55,405 nt of DNA from positions 1 to 55,405 of the forward strand of contig CBDUXN010000002.1 of NCBI GenBank assembly GCA_965371185.1, written 5' to 3'. The position numbers and the translations under genes were made by a program. This DNA is from an uncultured Thermoplasmata archaeon (lineage in GTDB: Archaea > Thermoplasmatota > Thermoplasmata > GCA-020350865). Under the pieces are notes generated by a model. The model was not told where the DNA came from and did not search any database. It saw nothing but the letters and a program-made list of their open reading frames with translations. Positions 34,501-42,901 of this stretch are shown here, in pieces; the stretch's first letter is position 1; each line of letters starts with the position of its first letter.

Positions 34501-37001
34501 TCGTCAATCCGTTTACCGCGATACAGTCAACCAACTCAATCATTCTCGAAGCCCCAGATACCCTCACCGTTGTTGGCACGAACAAAGCACCCACCAATGT
34601 GGATCAGGGCCAAATCGATGTTGAGATGATTCAACTGACCTTAACCGCCAGCTCAAAGAACGTGACATTAACATCCATTGGGGTTGACAGAAACGGAAGC
34701 GGAATAGATGGTGATATTGCCGCTGTAAAGTTGTATGATGATGTGGATGACAGTGGCACCTTGAACCCTGGCGATGTACAATTGGGAACGACCCAGACCT
34801 TCTTGGGCGGCACGCTCACGTTCTCCGGATTATCGCTCTTGGTTAGTTCAGGAACACCTGAGAATCTCCTTATAGTATTCGACATATCCATGGGGGCAGC
34901 AATAGGCGTTACCGTTGGCTGTGTCATCGTCAACAATTCCTACATCACAGTGGCAGGAATCGATACCGTCGATTCCTTTATAGTCATCCAATCCACCAAT
35001 TCGAACATTCAAGACCTTCCGGATGCCCTCACAGTCGTCGGAACGGATGAGGCTCCTACAAACGTTCCCCAAGGTCAAACTGATGTTGTGATGGAGCATT
35101 TAACCTTAACAGCCGGTTCCGACGATATAAGTATAACCTCAATTACGGTCGATTTATCTGGGACAGGTGGGGATACTGATATTGTTGCAGTGAGATTGTA
35201 TGATGATACCGATGACAGTGGTAACTTGACCGCGGGGGACACTCAATTAGGAACAAGCCAAACATTTTTAAGTGGGACGCTTACATTCTCAGGTTTATCG
35301 TTTGTTGTAAATTTCGGTACGCCCGAGAATCTGCTCATCGTATTCGACATCAATACCACGGCAACCCCTGATGCCACGGTTGGTTGTGCGATTGTTGATG
35401 AGACGTATATAATTGTGACAGCGCCGGATACTGTCAATATCTTTGCGGCGATACGATCAACCAATTCAAGCATTCAGGGAGATGTCACCCTCCCGACGAT
35501 CACATCGATAGTTCTGTCTGTTCCATCACCCATTAAAGCTGGTACCGTGACCTTTAACATAACCTTCAGCGAGGATATGAATACGACGATAAGTCCCACT
35601 GTAACTTTTGGCTTCACCTCGCCTTATGACACCCACACGATAACCCCCTCGTTATATTCCACTACTACATGGACAGGGACCATCACGATCGATGCGAGCA
35701 CTGGTGATGGAACACACACACTCAATGTATCTGGTGCTGAGGATTTGGCGGGCAATCAGATGTTGTCAAACACATCATTCACATTCGTTATCGATACAAC
35801 ACCACCAACGATAATTGGCATGACACCCACGGGAACGGATGTCCCACTCGCAACATCGATATCCATCACATTCAATGAGAGCATGGATACTGCGTCTGTG
35901 GAGAATGCGTTCAGTTATTCAAATGGAACTACCACATGGACAGCCGCGAACGGTTCCATTGATTGGAGTGCCAACACCATGACTTTCACTCCCACCTCGG
36001 AATTGAGTTATCATACCGAGTTCACTGTATCAGTAGGTATGGGTGCTGAGGATGTCACCGGAAATGGTTTGACATCGCAATTCAGTTGGCAGTTTACCAC
36101 GATACAGCAGCCAGACATAACTTCGCCTGCGGTAGTATCTGGGTCGCCGACAGGAACCGATATCGAGGTGACAGACATCCTAACCATTACATTCGATGAG
36201 CCCATGAATCACACATCAGTAGAAAATTCTATAACCATAACTCCGGATGTCCAAATTTCAGATTACAGTTGGGACGGCAACATCCTGACCGTAACGTTCT
36301 CATCCGATTTGGAGTACGACACGGAGTATAATGTAACCATTGGCACAGGAGCAAAGGATTCAGCAGGCAACGCCCTGGCAGCCCCGTACGGTTGGCAGTT
36401 TACCACGATACAGGAGCCAGACACGACTTTACCCACGGTGGGATTTGTATCACTGACAGGAACCGATATCGAGGTGACAGACACCCTAACCATTACATTC
36501 GATGAGCCCATGAATCACACATCAGTAGAAAACTCGATTACCATAACCCCAGATATCCGAATTTCAGATTACAGTTGGGACGGCAACACCCTGGCCATAA
36601 CGTTCTCATCGAATTTGAAGCCCGACACAGAATACAATGTAATCATTGGCACAGGAGCAAGGGACTCAGCAGGCAACGCTTTGGAGGGCCCATACAGTTG
36701 GTATTTCACTACAAAGGCAGAGCCTGAAGAAGAATCACCGGTTATGTTGATAGTTCTTGTTGTAATCATCGTCATCGTTGTTTTGTTATTCTTGTTCTTG
36801 AAGAAAGGCAAGCCAGGAGAACTACCAGAGGAAGCGCCATCTGAGGAATTAGGTGAAGAAGGGGAAGGCGGAGCCCTTGAGGAAGAAGCCGAAGAAAGAC
36901 TTGAAGAGGAACCAAAACCAGTGGATGAAGAGCTGGAAAGGGAAGCTGAAGGAGATATGCTCGACGAGCTGGCAGAGTTAGAGAAAATCATCAGAGAGTA
37001 G
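31554..37001 (+). CDS. Giant modular surface protein (about 1815 aa) with C-terminal TM anchor and acidic cytoplasmic tail
   Basis: GGAGG lies 8 nt upstream of ATG 31554 (alternative ATG at 31533). Hydrophobic signal/anchor FLAIILLASVGVI. Modules: 3 PPC-like, 5 x 155-aa repeats, 4 SbsA-Ig-like. TM helix VMLIVLVVIIVIVVLLFLFL, then a ~60-aa Glu-rich tail. Confidence 0.85.
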   Translation: MKMVKRTDVIGNCKYRFRGVFLAIILLASVGVINHISVNVVGADIYEPDDDPGNATAITTDGTLYSHDFTPGNDYEDWHNFTATSGTYYIIETHNLGAADTELWLYDTDGVSLIYHNDDNGTEPSASRIEWIAPRSDNFYVLITEYNWGTGPSYTYDINITESIPPPGDIYEPDNDFGNASVIPTDGTNQSHTFHINADEDWVMFTITPGTIYTIETLNLSSSCDTYIALFESDGTTVILEDDDGGGGYASRIIWDPTGYPAGDYYVGVWGIMGGSGPNCSYDIRIYESGASPDAYEPDDNPGEATLIPTDGTNQTHNFHVSNDEDWVMFSITPGTLYTMETLNLSPSCDTYMELYESDGTTLIDWDDDSGGDFASRIYWNSTGYPPGNYYIRVIEVWGGAGVDYYYDIRILEKGPAAQFDPPHSDHGLDTDSDGPYNFLVVNATVNVSVAGNYIVYGELEDIFYYWIDDDINVTSLTVGNQTVELRFDGVSINSNGEDGPYIVMLYLYNESWGLIQIDMHTTDAYTYDQFQPPPDALIVTGNDIAPVDVIQGQTDVEMEQLTLSASKGSVNVTSFTVVLSGTGNDADVLDVRLFDDADDTGDLTGGDVQLGTTQTFSGGTLTFSGLWFTVYFGTDENLLIVYNISITATVGQTVGCTIVDNTSITVEASDTVNAFLTIQSTNSTIQDLPDALTVLGTDKAPTDVIQGQTDVEMELLTLTASADSVTLSAIKVDLSGNGTDADVAGVKLYDDIDESGNLTVGDTQLGSTQTFSGGTLTFSGLSFTIDFGSPEYLLIMFDISPLATVNDAVGCEIVDETYLTVAPDTVNTFTAINSTNSTILDSGSDVLTVTGTNEAPTNVLQGETEVVMERLTLTAIGGSISVTDIKVDLSGTGSDSDIAVARLFYDTDSSGTYTAGMDIQLGSDQTFVGGTLTFTGIVLILGSGMTDYLFILYDINATATVGATVGCTLVDNTYITVEPPNVVNPFTAIQSTNSIILEAPDTLTVVGTNKAPTNVDQGQIDVEMIQLTLTASSKNVTLTSIGVDRNGSGIDGDIAAVKLYDDVDDSGTLNPGDVQLGTTQTFLGGTLTFSGLSLLVSSGTPENLLIVFDISMGAAIGVTVGCVIVNNSYITVAGIDTVDSFIVIQSTNSNIQDLPDALTVVGTDEAPTNVPQGQTDVVMEHLTLTAGSDDISITSITVDLSGTGGDTDIVAVRLYDDTDDSGNLTAGDTQLGTSQTFLSGTLTFSGLSFVVNFGTPENLLIVFDINTTATPDATVGCAIVDETYIIVTAPDTVNIFAAIRSTNSSIQGDVTLPTITSIVLSVPSPIKAGTVTFNITFSEDMNTTISPTVTFGFTSPYDTHTITPSLYSTTTWTGTITIDASTGDGTHTLNVSGAEDLAGNQMLSNTSFTFVIDTTPPTIIGMTPTGTDVPLATSISITFNESMDTASVENAFSYSNGTTTWTAANGSIDWSANTMTFTPTSELSYHTEFTVSVGMGAEDVTGNGLTSQFSWQFTTIQQPDITSPAVVSGSPTGTDIEVTDILTITFDEPMNHTSVENSITITPDVQISDYSWDGNILTVTFSSDLEYDTEYNVTIGTGAKDSAGNALAAPYGWQFTTIQEPDTTLPTVGFVSLTGTDIEVTDTLTITFDEPMNHTSVENSITITPDIRISDYSWDGNTLAITFSSNLKPDTEYNVIIGTGARDSAGNALEGPYSWYFTTKAEPEEESPVMLIVLVVIIVIVVLLFLFLKKGKPGELPEEAPSEELGEEGEGGALEEEAEERLEEEPKPVDEELEREAEGDMLDELAELEKIIRE
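31683..32807 (+). repeat. Three tandem 375-nt (125-aa) coding repeats, pre-peptidase C-terminal (PPC)-like domains
   Basis: Units start in frame at 31683, 32058 and 32433, each with D(I/A)YEPD(D/N)(D/N)xG(N/E)A(T/S)..TDGT....F....DEDW..F...G..Y.IET.NL. Confidence 0.6.
33159..35486 (+). repeat. Five tandem ~465-nt (155-aa) coding repeats of an unassigned beta-rich domain with a DDxDxSGxLTxGD Ca-loop-like motif
   Basis: In-frame unit starts at 33159, 33624, 34089, 34557 and 35022. Consensus D.LTV.GT..APT.V.QGQTDVEME.LTLTAS....T.I.VDLSGTG.D.DI..V.LYDD.DDSG.LT.GD.QLG.TQTF.GGTLTFSGLSF....GTPENLLIVFDI. Confidence 0.8.
36114..36725 (+). repeat. Two tandem 306-nt units, near-identical at DNA level (SbsA-Ig / Big_5-like domains 3 and 4)
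   Basis: Units start at 36114 and 36420. From 36150 and 36456 the copies share a 28-nt run and a 48-nt run of identity separated by a single mismatch, and they diverge towards the unit ends. Confidence 0.85.
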
Positions 37002-37109
37002 GAGATTAATCCGTCCTATTAAAAAACCTTTAAACCCCATCTAATACGGCTACTTATCCTGGAATTAGGCCCCAAATCCTCAAATCAGGAAAAAACTCCT
37101 CCAAAAACA

Positions 37110-37117
37110 TTTATATA
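37110..37117 (+). promoter_or_regulatory. Candidate TATA box for second giant surface-protein gene
   Basis: TTTATATA lies about 80 nt upstream of ATG 37194. GGAGG sits at 37179-37183, so this would be a leadered mRNA with an SD. Confidence 0.3.
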
Positions 37118-37193
37118 CACGTATGGGTATCCTCACGCTAAAGCTGTAGGGGCTACGGCTTTTTAATGAGAAAAAAGTTAGGAGGACTGTGTT

Positions 37194-39926
37194 ATGAAAG
37201 AAGGTAAAAAGAAAATCAAATCGATGTTTTTGGTAGTGTGCTTGTTGTTCAGCGCTTTTATTGCAATTGCGAGTATCTCAGTGAGCGCGGACGAGGACGT
37301 GGGCGGAGATATCGAAGCGGTATATGATGACAACTGGATGGAAGAGCAACCGGCGATACCACTTGATGCCGATAAGCTGATCCAGCTCAATTATCATGTC
37401 ACCGGATCCGATGCCTACCATCTCGGCGATATTGACGTCCCAGTGCGGATCACGCTCCGGAACACACACGGGTCTGACAATATCTATGTTGACCAGGCTT
37501 CACTAACCTCAAATCATGCACTGTTTACAGTAAACGATGATGAGGACGATGGAAATACCATCGTTAACAGCGGTGGAACAACTAATTTCGATTTCACCAT
37601 CGATATCGGAACCGCTGGAGCTGTCAATTTTTTATATGTAGGTGCCCTCAGATTAAACCTAGATGACATGGAGCAACCCCCAGGTACCGATATAAATGAC
37701 GAGACCTTTGACTTTGACATATATGTGAGCTCGGTATTTGATGACGACTTTCCGGACGACGATATGGATGTGCACGAAGGCCTGCCGTACATAGATGAAA
37801 CACCTCCGGATGATGATGAGTTCGAGGCCGGCGTGACCATGCAGGAAGGTGAAATGCCTCTTACAGAGTACGCGGATTACGATATTACTGATGTTCACGG
37901 AACATTGAGCAATCTTGCCACCGGTGTTACGCTCTCCGGCGGACAAGCTGAAGCGATAAATCCCACTGGAGGTGGGTCGTTCGACCTGTTCTGGAGGTTC
38001 GATGTACCTGCAAGTACTATACCTGGTTTCTACTCCATGGATTGTTTAATGGTGTACGTGCGAGACGATACAGGAGCCACCATCACCGAGAATGCCAGAG
38101 GCACAGGACTTTATGTGGACTTCACACCCCGAGTAACTGCGAGCCTGCAGACACCTGTTACAATAAACCAGATAGATGACCTTCAGGCGACATTGGACGT
38201 GATCTTCACCAACGATGGCAACGTTGATCTAACAGATATGATGGTGTATCCTCAGCCTGATATGGACTGGCTGGATGTGAGATTCCACCACTACGAGAAC
38301 GATGACGACACATACGTCACAGAGTTTAACATCGGCGCCTTGGTTGTCGGAGCATCAAGCTCTGCGGTGACTGTGGAAATCGCAGCTGCCATGATGCTGC
38401 CAAACGGCGACCACAGGGTTCCGTTCGAATGGAACGGCTGGTATTATGAGGACGGCAGTACAGGGACCGCAACAAGATGGGTGGAATGCGGAGCTTACAT
38501 GTATGATCATGATACCGACGACGAAACACCCGAAGTTGGAAGACTTTACAAGGACATCAACGAAGATGGAAGATACGACGGCGGCGACGCGGAACTGGAA
38601 CCTATCTGGGAAGGCGCCTGGGTGGACTTCACAGTTAACGATGCCAACGGTTTGACATGGGAAGCCTTCCTCACCAACCCAGCCACAATCAACGCAGGCT
38701 TGGACGGCGATGTGATGTACACAACCATCACAGTCACGATATACAACAAGGAATTGGTTAACTACAAGGATTTGGAGGTTACTCTGGAGACAGGGCTAAA
38801 CCTACCCTTCTGGGATCCGGCTGTGGAAGACCACACAGAATCTCAACTAAAAATGGACCCAACATCAATGACCACGATACCGGCTGGCACACCTGGAACC
38901 CCGGGCGAAGCAACCATCGACTTCACAGTGGACGTGAACGCAGCATGGTGGAAGGCGAACTCCGTTTCACCAGAAACATACCTCGTGGACGTCACTGTGA
39001 ATGCTACAAATGACCACGACGAGACCCGAATTGTGGGCACAGTGATACCCGTGAAGTTCGACATTACCGGCTTCGGCCCAGAGCTCTTTGCACGCGCCGT
39101 TAATTATAATAAAGATTTCAAACCAGGTGCTACATTCGCACTCACTATTGAAATAACGAACTACGGCGACGACACGGCAAGGGAAGTGGATGCATATCTC
39201 AGGGCAGATTTTATTGCAGGCTGGGAAATTGTGGATCAGTTCGTTACGAGCATCAGTTCTTATGGCGCAAGAGATTATACTGGTAGCGGCGGTGTCGGTG
39301 ATGCAAGTTGGGGTTGGGAAAGCGATTGGGGCACTTATGATCGCTTCAACAGGACCAACGAAATCAAGCCCGCAGACTTAGATGTAGACGACATACCAGA
39401 GATGGTGGAACTCTACGATTGGATAAGGCGCAGGGAAACGCCACCGCAGGGAATTGTGCTCTGGATGCATGTGGACAGGCTCGAGCCGGGTCAAACACAC
39501 AACTTTGTGTTCGAAATGAAGTCCGACGTGAACATGGTGGAGGGCATGGCTTACTATGAAACCCTGGAACTCTACTACGTGGATTCAAATGGAGAAGACT
39601 ACGGACCAAATGGTAAGCCCGTAGGAACTATAGAAGACCATTACGCACCACCACAGCAGGTGCTGATCAGGGCAGGCACGGGAGAAGTTTACACTGGAAA
39701 GGACGAAGTGGATTGGGGCCTCGTGCTGAACGCGATAATATTCGCCATCATAATCGTGATAGCCTTCATTCTCGGAGGAGCGATTATGGGTGGAAGGCGG
39801 GAAAAGCCGGAAAAACACAGGCCAGAAGAGGAACCATACGAGGCACCTGAAGAGGAATACGGTCCACCACCAGCACCAGAGGATGAGCTGGGACCTCCCC
39901 TACCAGAGGAAAACCCACCAGAATAA
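37194..39926 (+). CDS. Large surface protein (910 aa), signal peptide, acidic ectodomain, C-terminal TM anchor and Pro/Glu-rich tail
   Basis: The signal is MKEGKKKIKSMFLVVCLLFSAFIAIASISVSA. No internal repeats were noticed. The TM helix is LVLNAIIFAIIIVIAFILGGAIMG, followed by REKPEKHRPEEEPYEAPEEEYGPPPAPEDELGPPLPEENPPE. Confidence 0.8.
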   Translation: MKEGKKKIKSMFLVVCLLFSAFIAIASISVSADEDVGGDIEAVYDDNWMEEQPAIPLDADKLIQLNYHVTGSDAYHLGDIDVPVRITLRNTHGSDNIYVDQASLTSNHALFTVNDDEDDGNTIVNSGGTTNFDFTIDIGTAGAVNFLYVGALRLNLDDMEQPPGTDINDETFDFDIYVSSVFDDDFPDDDMDVHEGLPYIDETPPDDDEFEAGVTMQEGEMPLTEYADYDITDVHGTLSNLATGVTLSGGQAEAINPTGGGSFDLFWRFDVPASTIPGFYSMDCLMVYVRDDTGATITENARGTGLYVDFTPRVTASLQTPVTINQIDDLQATLDVIFTNDGNVDLTDMMVYPQPDMDWLDVRFHHYENDDDTYVTEFNIGALVVGASSSAVTVEIAAAMMLPNGDHRVPFEWNGWYYEDGSTGTATRWVECGAYMYDHDTDDETPEVGRLYKDINEDGRYDGGDAELEPIWEGAWVDFTVNDANGLTWEAFLTNPATINAGLDGDVMYTTITVTIYNKELVNYKDLEVTLETGLNLPFWDPAVEDHTESQLKMDPTSMTTIPAGTPGTPGEATIDFTVDVNAAWWKANSVSPETYLVDVTVNATNDHDETRIVGTVIPVKFDITGFGPELFARAVNYNKDFKPGATFALTIEITNYGDDTAREVDAYLRADFIAGWEIVDQFVTSISSYGARDYTGSGGVGDASWGWESDWGTYDRFNRTNEIKPADLDVDDIPEMVELYDWIRRRETPPQGIVLWMHVDRLEPGQTHNFVFEMKSDVNMVEGMAYYETLELYYVDSNGEDYGPNGKPVGTIEDHYAPPQQVLIRAGTGEVYTGKDEVDWGLVLNAIIFAIIIVIAFILGGAIMGGRREKPEKHRPEEEPYEAPEEEYGPPPAPEDELGPPLPEENPPE

Positions 39927-39961
39927 GGGGCACAACCCCTTCTTTTATTCTCTTTTTTTTT
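39927..39961 (+). terminator. Stem-loop plus T-run downstream of the 910-aa gene
   Basis: GGGG-CACAA-CCCC is followed by ttcttttattctcttttttttt. Oligo-T tracts are archaeal termination signals. Confidence 0.4.
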
Positions 39962-40059
39962 GGTGGGTTCCTTGGTAGTTTGCAAACTAACTGGTGCAAT
40001 AACAATGCCTCAGGACAATCCTTTTAAATGCATAAAATATTACAAACCGGGGTGAAAAA

Positions 40060-40323
40060 ATGGAAGAATTAGAGGAGATAGGCAGGGTTTTCAAATTCTT
40101 TGCCAAACCCAGTGTTGCAGCCATTGAGATCACATCAGGGGAGCTCAAGGTTGGGGACACCATAATGATAAAGGGCGAAACCACCGATTTGACGCAGAGG
40201 ATCGAATCAATGGAGATAGATAGGGTTAAGGTGGAGTCTGCCAAAGCAGGTCAGGGTGTTGGCATTAAAGTGATAGAACGCGTCAGGCCGAATGATAAGG
40301 TTTACAGGGTAAAAAATGAATGA
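40060..40323 (+). CDS. Small beta-barrel protein resembling EF-Tu domain 2 / translation-factor barrel
   Basis: 87 aa. ..AAIEITSGELKVGDTIMIKGETTDLTQRIESMEIDRVKVESAKAGQGVGIKV.. has the G-x-l-k-v-GD ... G-d-x-v-G-i pattern of that barrel. Confidence 0.45.
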   Translation: MEELEEIGRVFKFFAKPSVAAIEITSGELKVGDTIMIKGETTDLTQRIESMEIDRVKVESAKAGQGVGIKVIERVRPNDKVYRVKNE

Positions 40324-40834
40324 AAATCTCAAAAAGGCTTATAAACTGGGAAATGATTACTGTTACAACATCATAGGGGGAGATGAATTGAAGACGTATA
40401 TACGATTAAAATACAACAGCAGAGGCACGAAGCCCTCGGAAGTTTACAAGCTTTTAAAAGAACAAAAATTTCTGCCAACCATTGGCGAATATGACTTTGT
40501 GTACGATTGGGGCGAAGGTAAGGATGTGGAACCGGACCAGATATTAGAAAAATTGGACTCTATACATGATGTACTTAAAGAACTTGATGTCATATACGAG
40601 GTCACCACCAGCGATCCCATGTACCATATCAGGGAGGTCATGCCAACAACGGAAATACCTCAGCCGACTGCCACACCAGCACCCTCTACACCAGCACCAT
40701 CAATACCCAGCCCGGAACCTCCACCCCCACGGGAGGAAGCGCCGGAGCCCAAGTGCCCTAATTGCGGCGGCAAAGCTTCTTATATCAAGCAGTATGATAG
40801 ATTCTATTGCTACACCTGTAAGAAGTATGTCTAA
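40316..40834 (+). CDS. Hypothetical protein with Pro-rich linker and C-terminal type-A zinc ribbon
   Basis: 172 aa; its ATG overlaps the end of the previous gene by 8 nt. The C-terminus KCPNCGGKASYIKQYDRFYCYTCKKYV (40754-40828) matches the ribbons of the 19652-21349 gene. Confidence 0.65.
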   Translation: MNENLKKAYKLGNDYCYNIIGGDELKTYIRLKYNSRGTKPSEVYKLLKEQKFLPTIGEYDFVYDWGEGKDVEPDQILEKLDSIHDVLKELDVIYEVTTSDPMYHIREVMPTTEIPQPTATPAPSTPAPSIPSPEPPPPREEAPEPKCPNCGGKASYIKQYDRFYCYTCKKYV

Positions 40835-40911
40835 AGGCTTTTTTTGAGAGCCCCCAATATTTTTTCTTTCTTATTTATCAAGCCATTACATGATTCAAAG
40901 CAGGTTGATCG

Positions 40912-41706
40912 TTAACTCTGAGTCACGATCTCATATAGTATCTTATCCTCAATGTTGGTGTTGATATCTTCTATGGTAGAAACTACGTTGTGTACCTGGT
41001 CACTGGATGCAAAAAGCATGACGTTCAAACCCCTTTCAACGGCGTCCACAGCCGAGCTGAGCGGCGCAAATTCAAAATCAGGTTCGATTTTGGCCTTTTT
41101 TACAACCGCGATGGAAACGGCATCCATGACACCAACCTTTTGAGGGCGAAGCCTGTCGTGAAGTTTCCTGATACCTTCTATGGAAATGGAACCGCTCCCG
41201 CCCTTTTGTATGGACGGCAATTCTACTATGTGTATCATTCCTGGGGATAGCGTAACTATCCCATCCAGATCCTTTATCGCCACATCCTCATCCATTTCAG
41301 CATTTGAAATGGCGATGCCTTTGGACTTTGATGTCCTACCGGAATAGGCTGTAAGTACGCCGTTCTCCATGAAAAGACCCACCTCGTCTCCCTTTCTTAT
41401 GGGGGTTTTGGCAATGGCGGCGCATACATCGATTATATCCAGCTCTGCTATCTTCGCGTCCACGAAGGTCTTCAGCTCAGAGAAGTTGGTATGCAGGAAA
41501 TCGATCCCTTTCTTCGTGGCTCTGGACTCCCTCCCGATGCTCTGGATAAAACCCTCGTTTTTCATCCTCCTCAGATACTCAGAGGCCCCTTGAACGGTTA
41601 TGTCCAATTTCTCTGCTATGGTTTTGAGTTTTATATGTGGGTCTTTTATAACCTCTAAAAGGATCAAAAGCTCGGTGCTCAATCTCAAATCACGAAGTAT
41701 TTTCAT
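40912..41706 (-). CDS. Winged-helix transcriptional regulator with ~190-aa C-terminal domain of unknown function
   Basis: The N-terminus ..LILLEVIKDPHIKLKTIAEKLDITVQGASEYLRRMKNEGFIQS.. is a typical wHTH. The remainder is not recognised. Confidence 0.6.
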   Translation of the reverse strand: MKILRDLRLSTELLILLEVIKDPHIKLKTIAEKLDITVQGASEYLRRMKNEGFIQSIGRESRATKKGIDFLHTNFSELKTFVDAKIAELDIIDVCAAIAKTPIRKGDEVGLFMENGVLTAYSGRTSKSKGIAISNAEMDEDVAIKDLDGIVTLSPGMIHIVELPSIQKGGSGSISIEGIRKLHDRLRPQKVGVMDAVSIAVVKKAKIEPDFEFAPLSSAVDAVERGLNVMLFASSDQVHNVVSTIEDINTNIEDKILYEIVTQS

Positions 41707-41767
41707 GCTAAACCACGCCCCATCATGTTGTTAGACATCATAATCACTCTCCAATAATCGTTCTATT

Positions 41768-42382
41768 TCAGGATTTTCTCCGATCCTTAGATGGTGAAAA
41801 AATGCCTCTAATATCCGGGATACCGTGCTCATGAACATACATGAATATCGTCCCGAATAGAGGTACGAATATGAGGGAGCTCATTAAATGGTAAATGGTG
41901 AATGGGGTCTGCATTACAAGAACAGTAAGCAGCCATCCCAAGGTTCTGGGGGTCATGAAGATCCAATAACCGAATGCGGTCCAGAAATCATATATCAGCG
42001 TTGCAATGAGGCCTACACCCACAACTACAGCCACACCCTTCACCGTATACGCAACCTTGGGTTTAACGAACCTCCCTAAGAGACCGATCATGACATATCC
42101 AGACCACGTGAAGAAGGTTAGACCGATTATCGCGCCGATCCCGAACCCAGAGCCGTAATCTGTGAGCGTGTAGATCCACCAATCCGAGATCACCATAACC
42201 GTCAGAGGCACGAGTATGCAGTAGAGCCCTCCAAGAATTACACCGGAGAGCAGTGCTATCGCCAGTACCGTCTCGATGTTGGCGTATTGAATGAGCAGGA
42301 TGCGCCCGCATACGCCTATTATCACCAGCAGCACGGCCAAGTTCAACTTGTTCATATTAATTTTCAGGGGTAATTTTATCAT
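41768..42382 (-). CDS. Small polytopic membrane protein (5-6 TM), ECF S-component-like in size and topology
   Basis: 204 aa and almost entirely hydrophobic helices. Possible start at MNKLNL (42355). Last gene of the DUF4430 operon. The family was not verified. Confidence 0.4.
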   Translation of the reverse strand: MIKLPLKINMNKLNLAVLLVIIGVCGRILLIQYANIETVLAIALLSGVILGGLYCILVPLTVMVISDWWIYTLTDYGSGFGIGAIIGLTFFTWSGYVMIGLLGRFVKPKVAYTVKGVAVVVGVGLIATLIYDFWTAFGYWIFMTPRTLGWLLTVLVMQTPFTIYHLMSSLIFVPLFGTIFMYVHEHGIPDIRGIFSPSKDRRKS

Positions 42383-42415
42383 TCTACCATCTCCATATCA
42401 GCAACATATCACATT

Positions 42416-42898
42416 CTATTGTCTCGGGTCCTCGAACCTCCACTCCACAACGTCCCCATTAAATATCTCCTTCTTATCGCATCCTATCTCTCCATATACA
42501 TCGTTGACATAGTACTGCCACCACATTCCATTCTCCCCGTTCTCTGTGCCGTTTATGGCATTTATGAACATCGCATCATAGCCCGGCCAGTGTGTAAACC
42601 TCACAGAGAAATTGTACTCATTGGAGCATTCCTGTAATATTTTGAAAACGGTATTGTTGAGGGTAGGCACATTCAAATAGTCGATCGTCCAACCATTGCC
42701 TTCTATTTTCAGGCTTACTTCCATGGGGTTGTTTATCGGCTTCACCTCATCACGTTCCTGTATATATTCTGCTAAAAACCATAATCCTATTATGGCTAAT
42801 GCTAGAACAATTATGAGGGCAGCCGCCTCCAATATCGTTCTTTTCCTATCTTCTTTTTTTATTCCCATGGCAACACGTTTTTTATCATTCTGTAGCAT
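42416..42898 (-). CDS. N-terminally anchored DUF4430-like (transcobalamin beta-domain-like) protein
   Basis: The TM helix is ILEAAALIIVLALAIIGLWFLA. The C-terminal MWWQYYVNDVYGEIGCDKKEIFNGDVVEWRFE fits the W.Y.VN....G....L..GD.I.W motif I associate with PF14478. Confidence 0.5.
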   Translation of the reverse strand: MLQNDKKRVAMGIKKEDRKRTILEAAALIIVLALAIIGLWFLAEYIQERDEVKPINNPMEVSLKIEGNGWTIDYLNVPTLNNTVFKILQECSNEYNFSVRFTHWPGYDAMFINAINGTENGENGMWWQYYVNDVYGEIGCDKKEIFNGDVVEWRFEDPRQ

Positions 42899-42901
42899 AT
42901 C

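Noticed and set aside
33159-36725. Regular tandem repeats that could superficially suggest a CRISPR-like or satellite array
   Set aside because: The units are 306-465 nt, in frame, diverged and translate into protein domains within one long ORF. There is no short repeat-spacer structure anywhere in the window.
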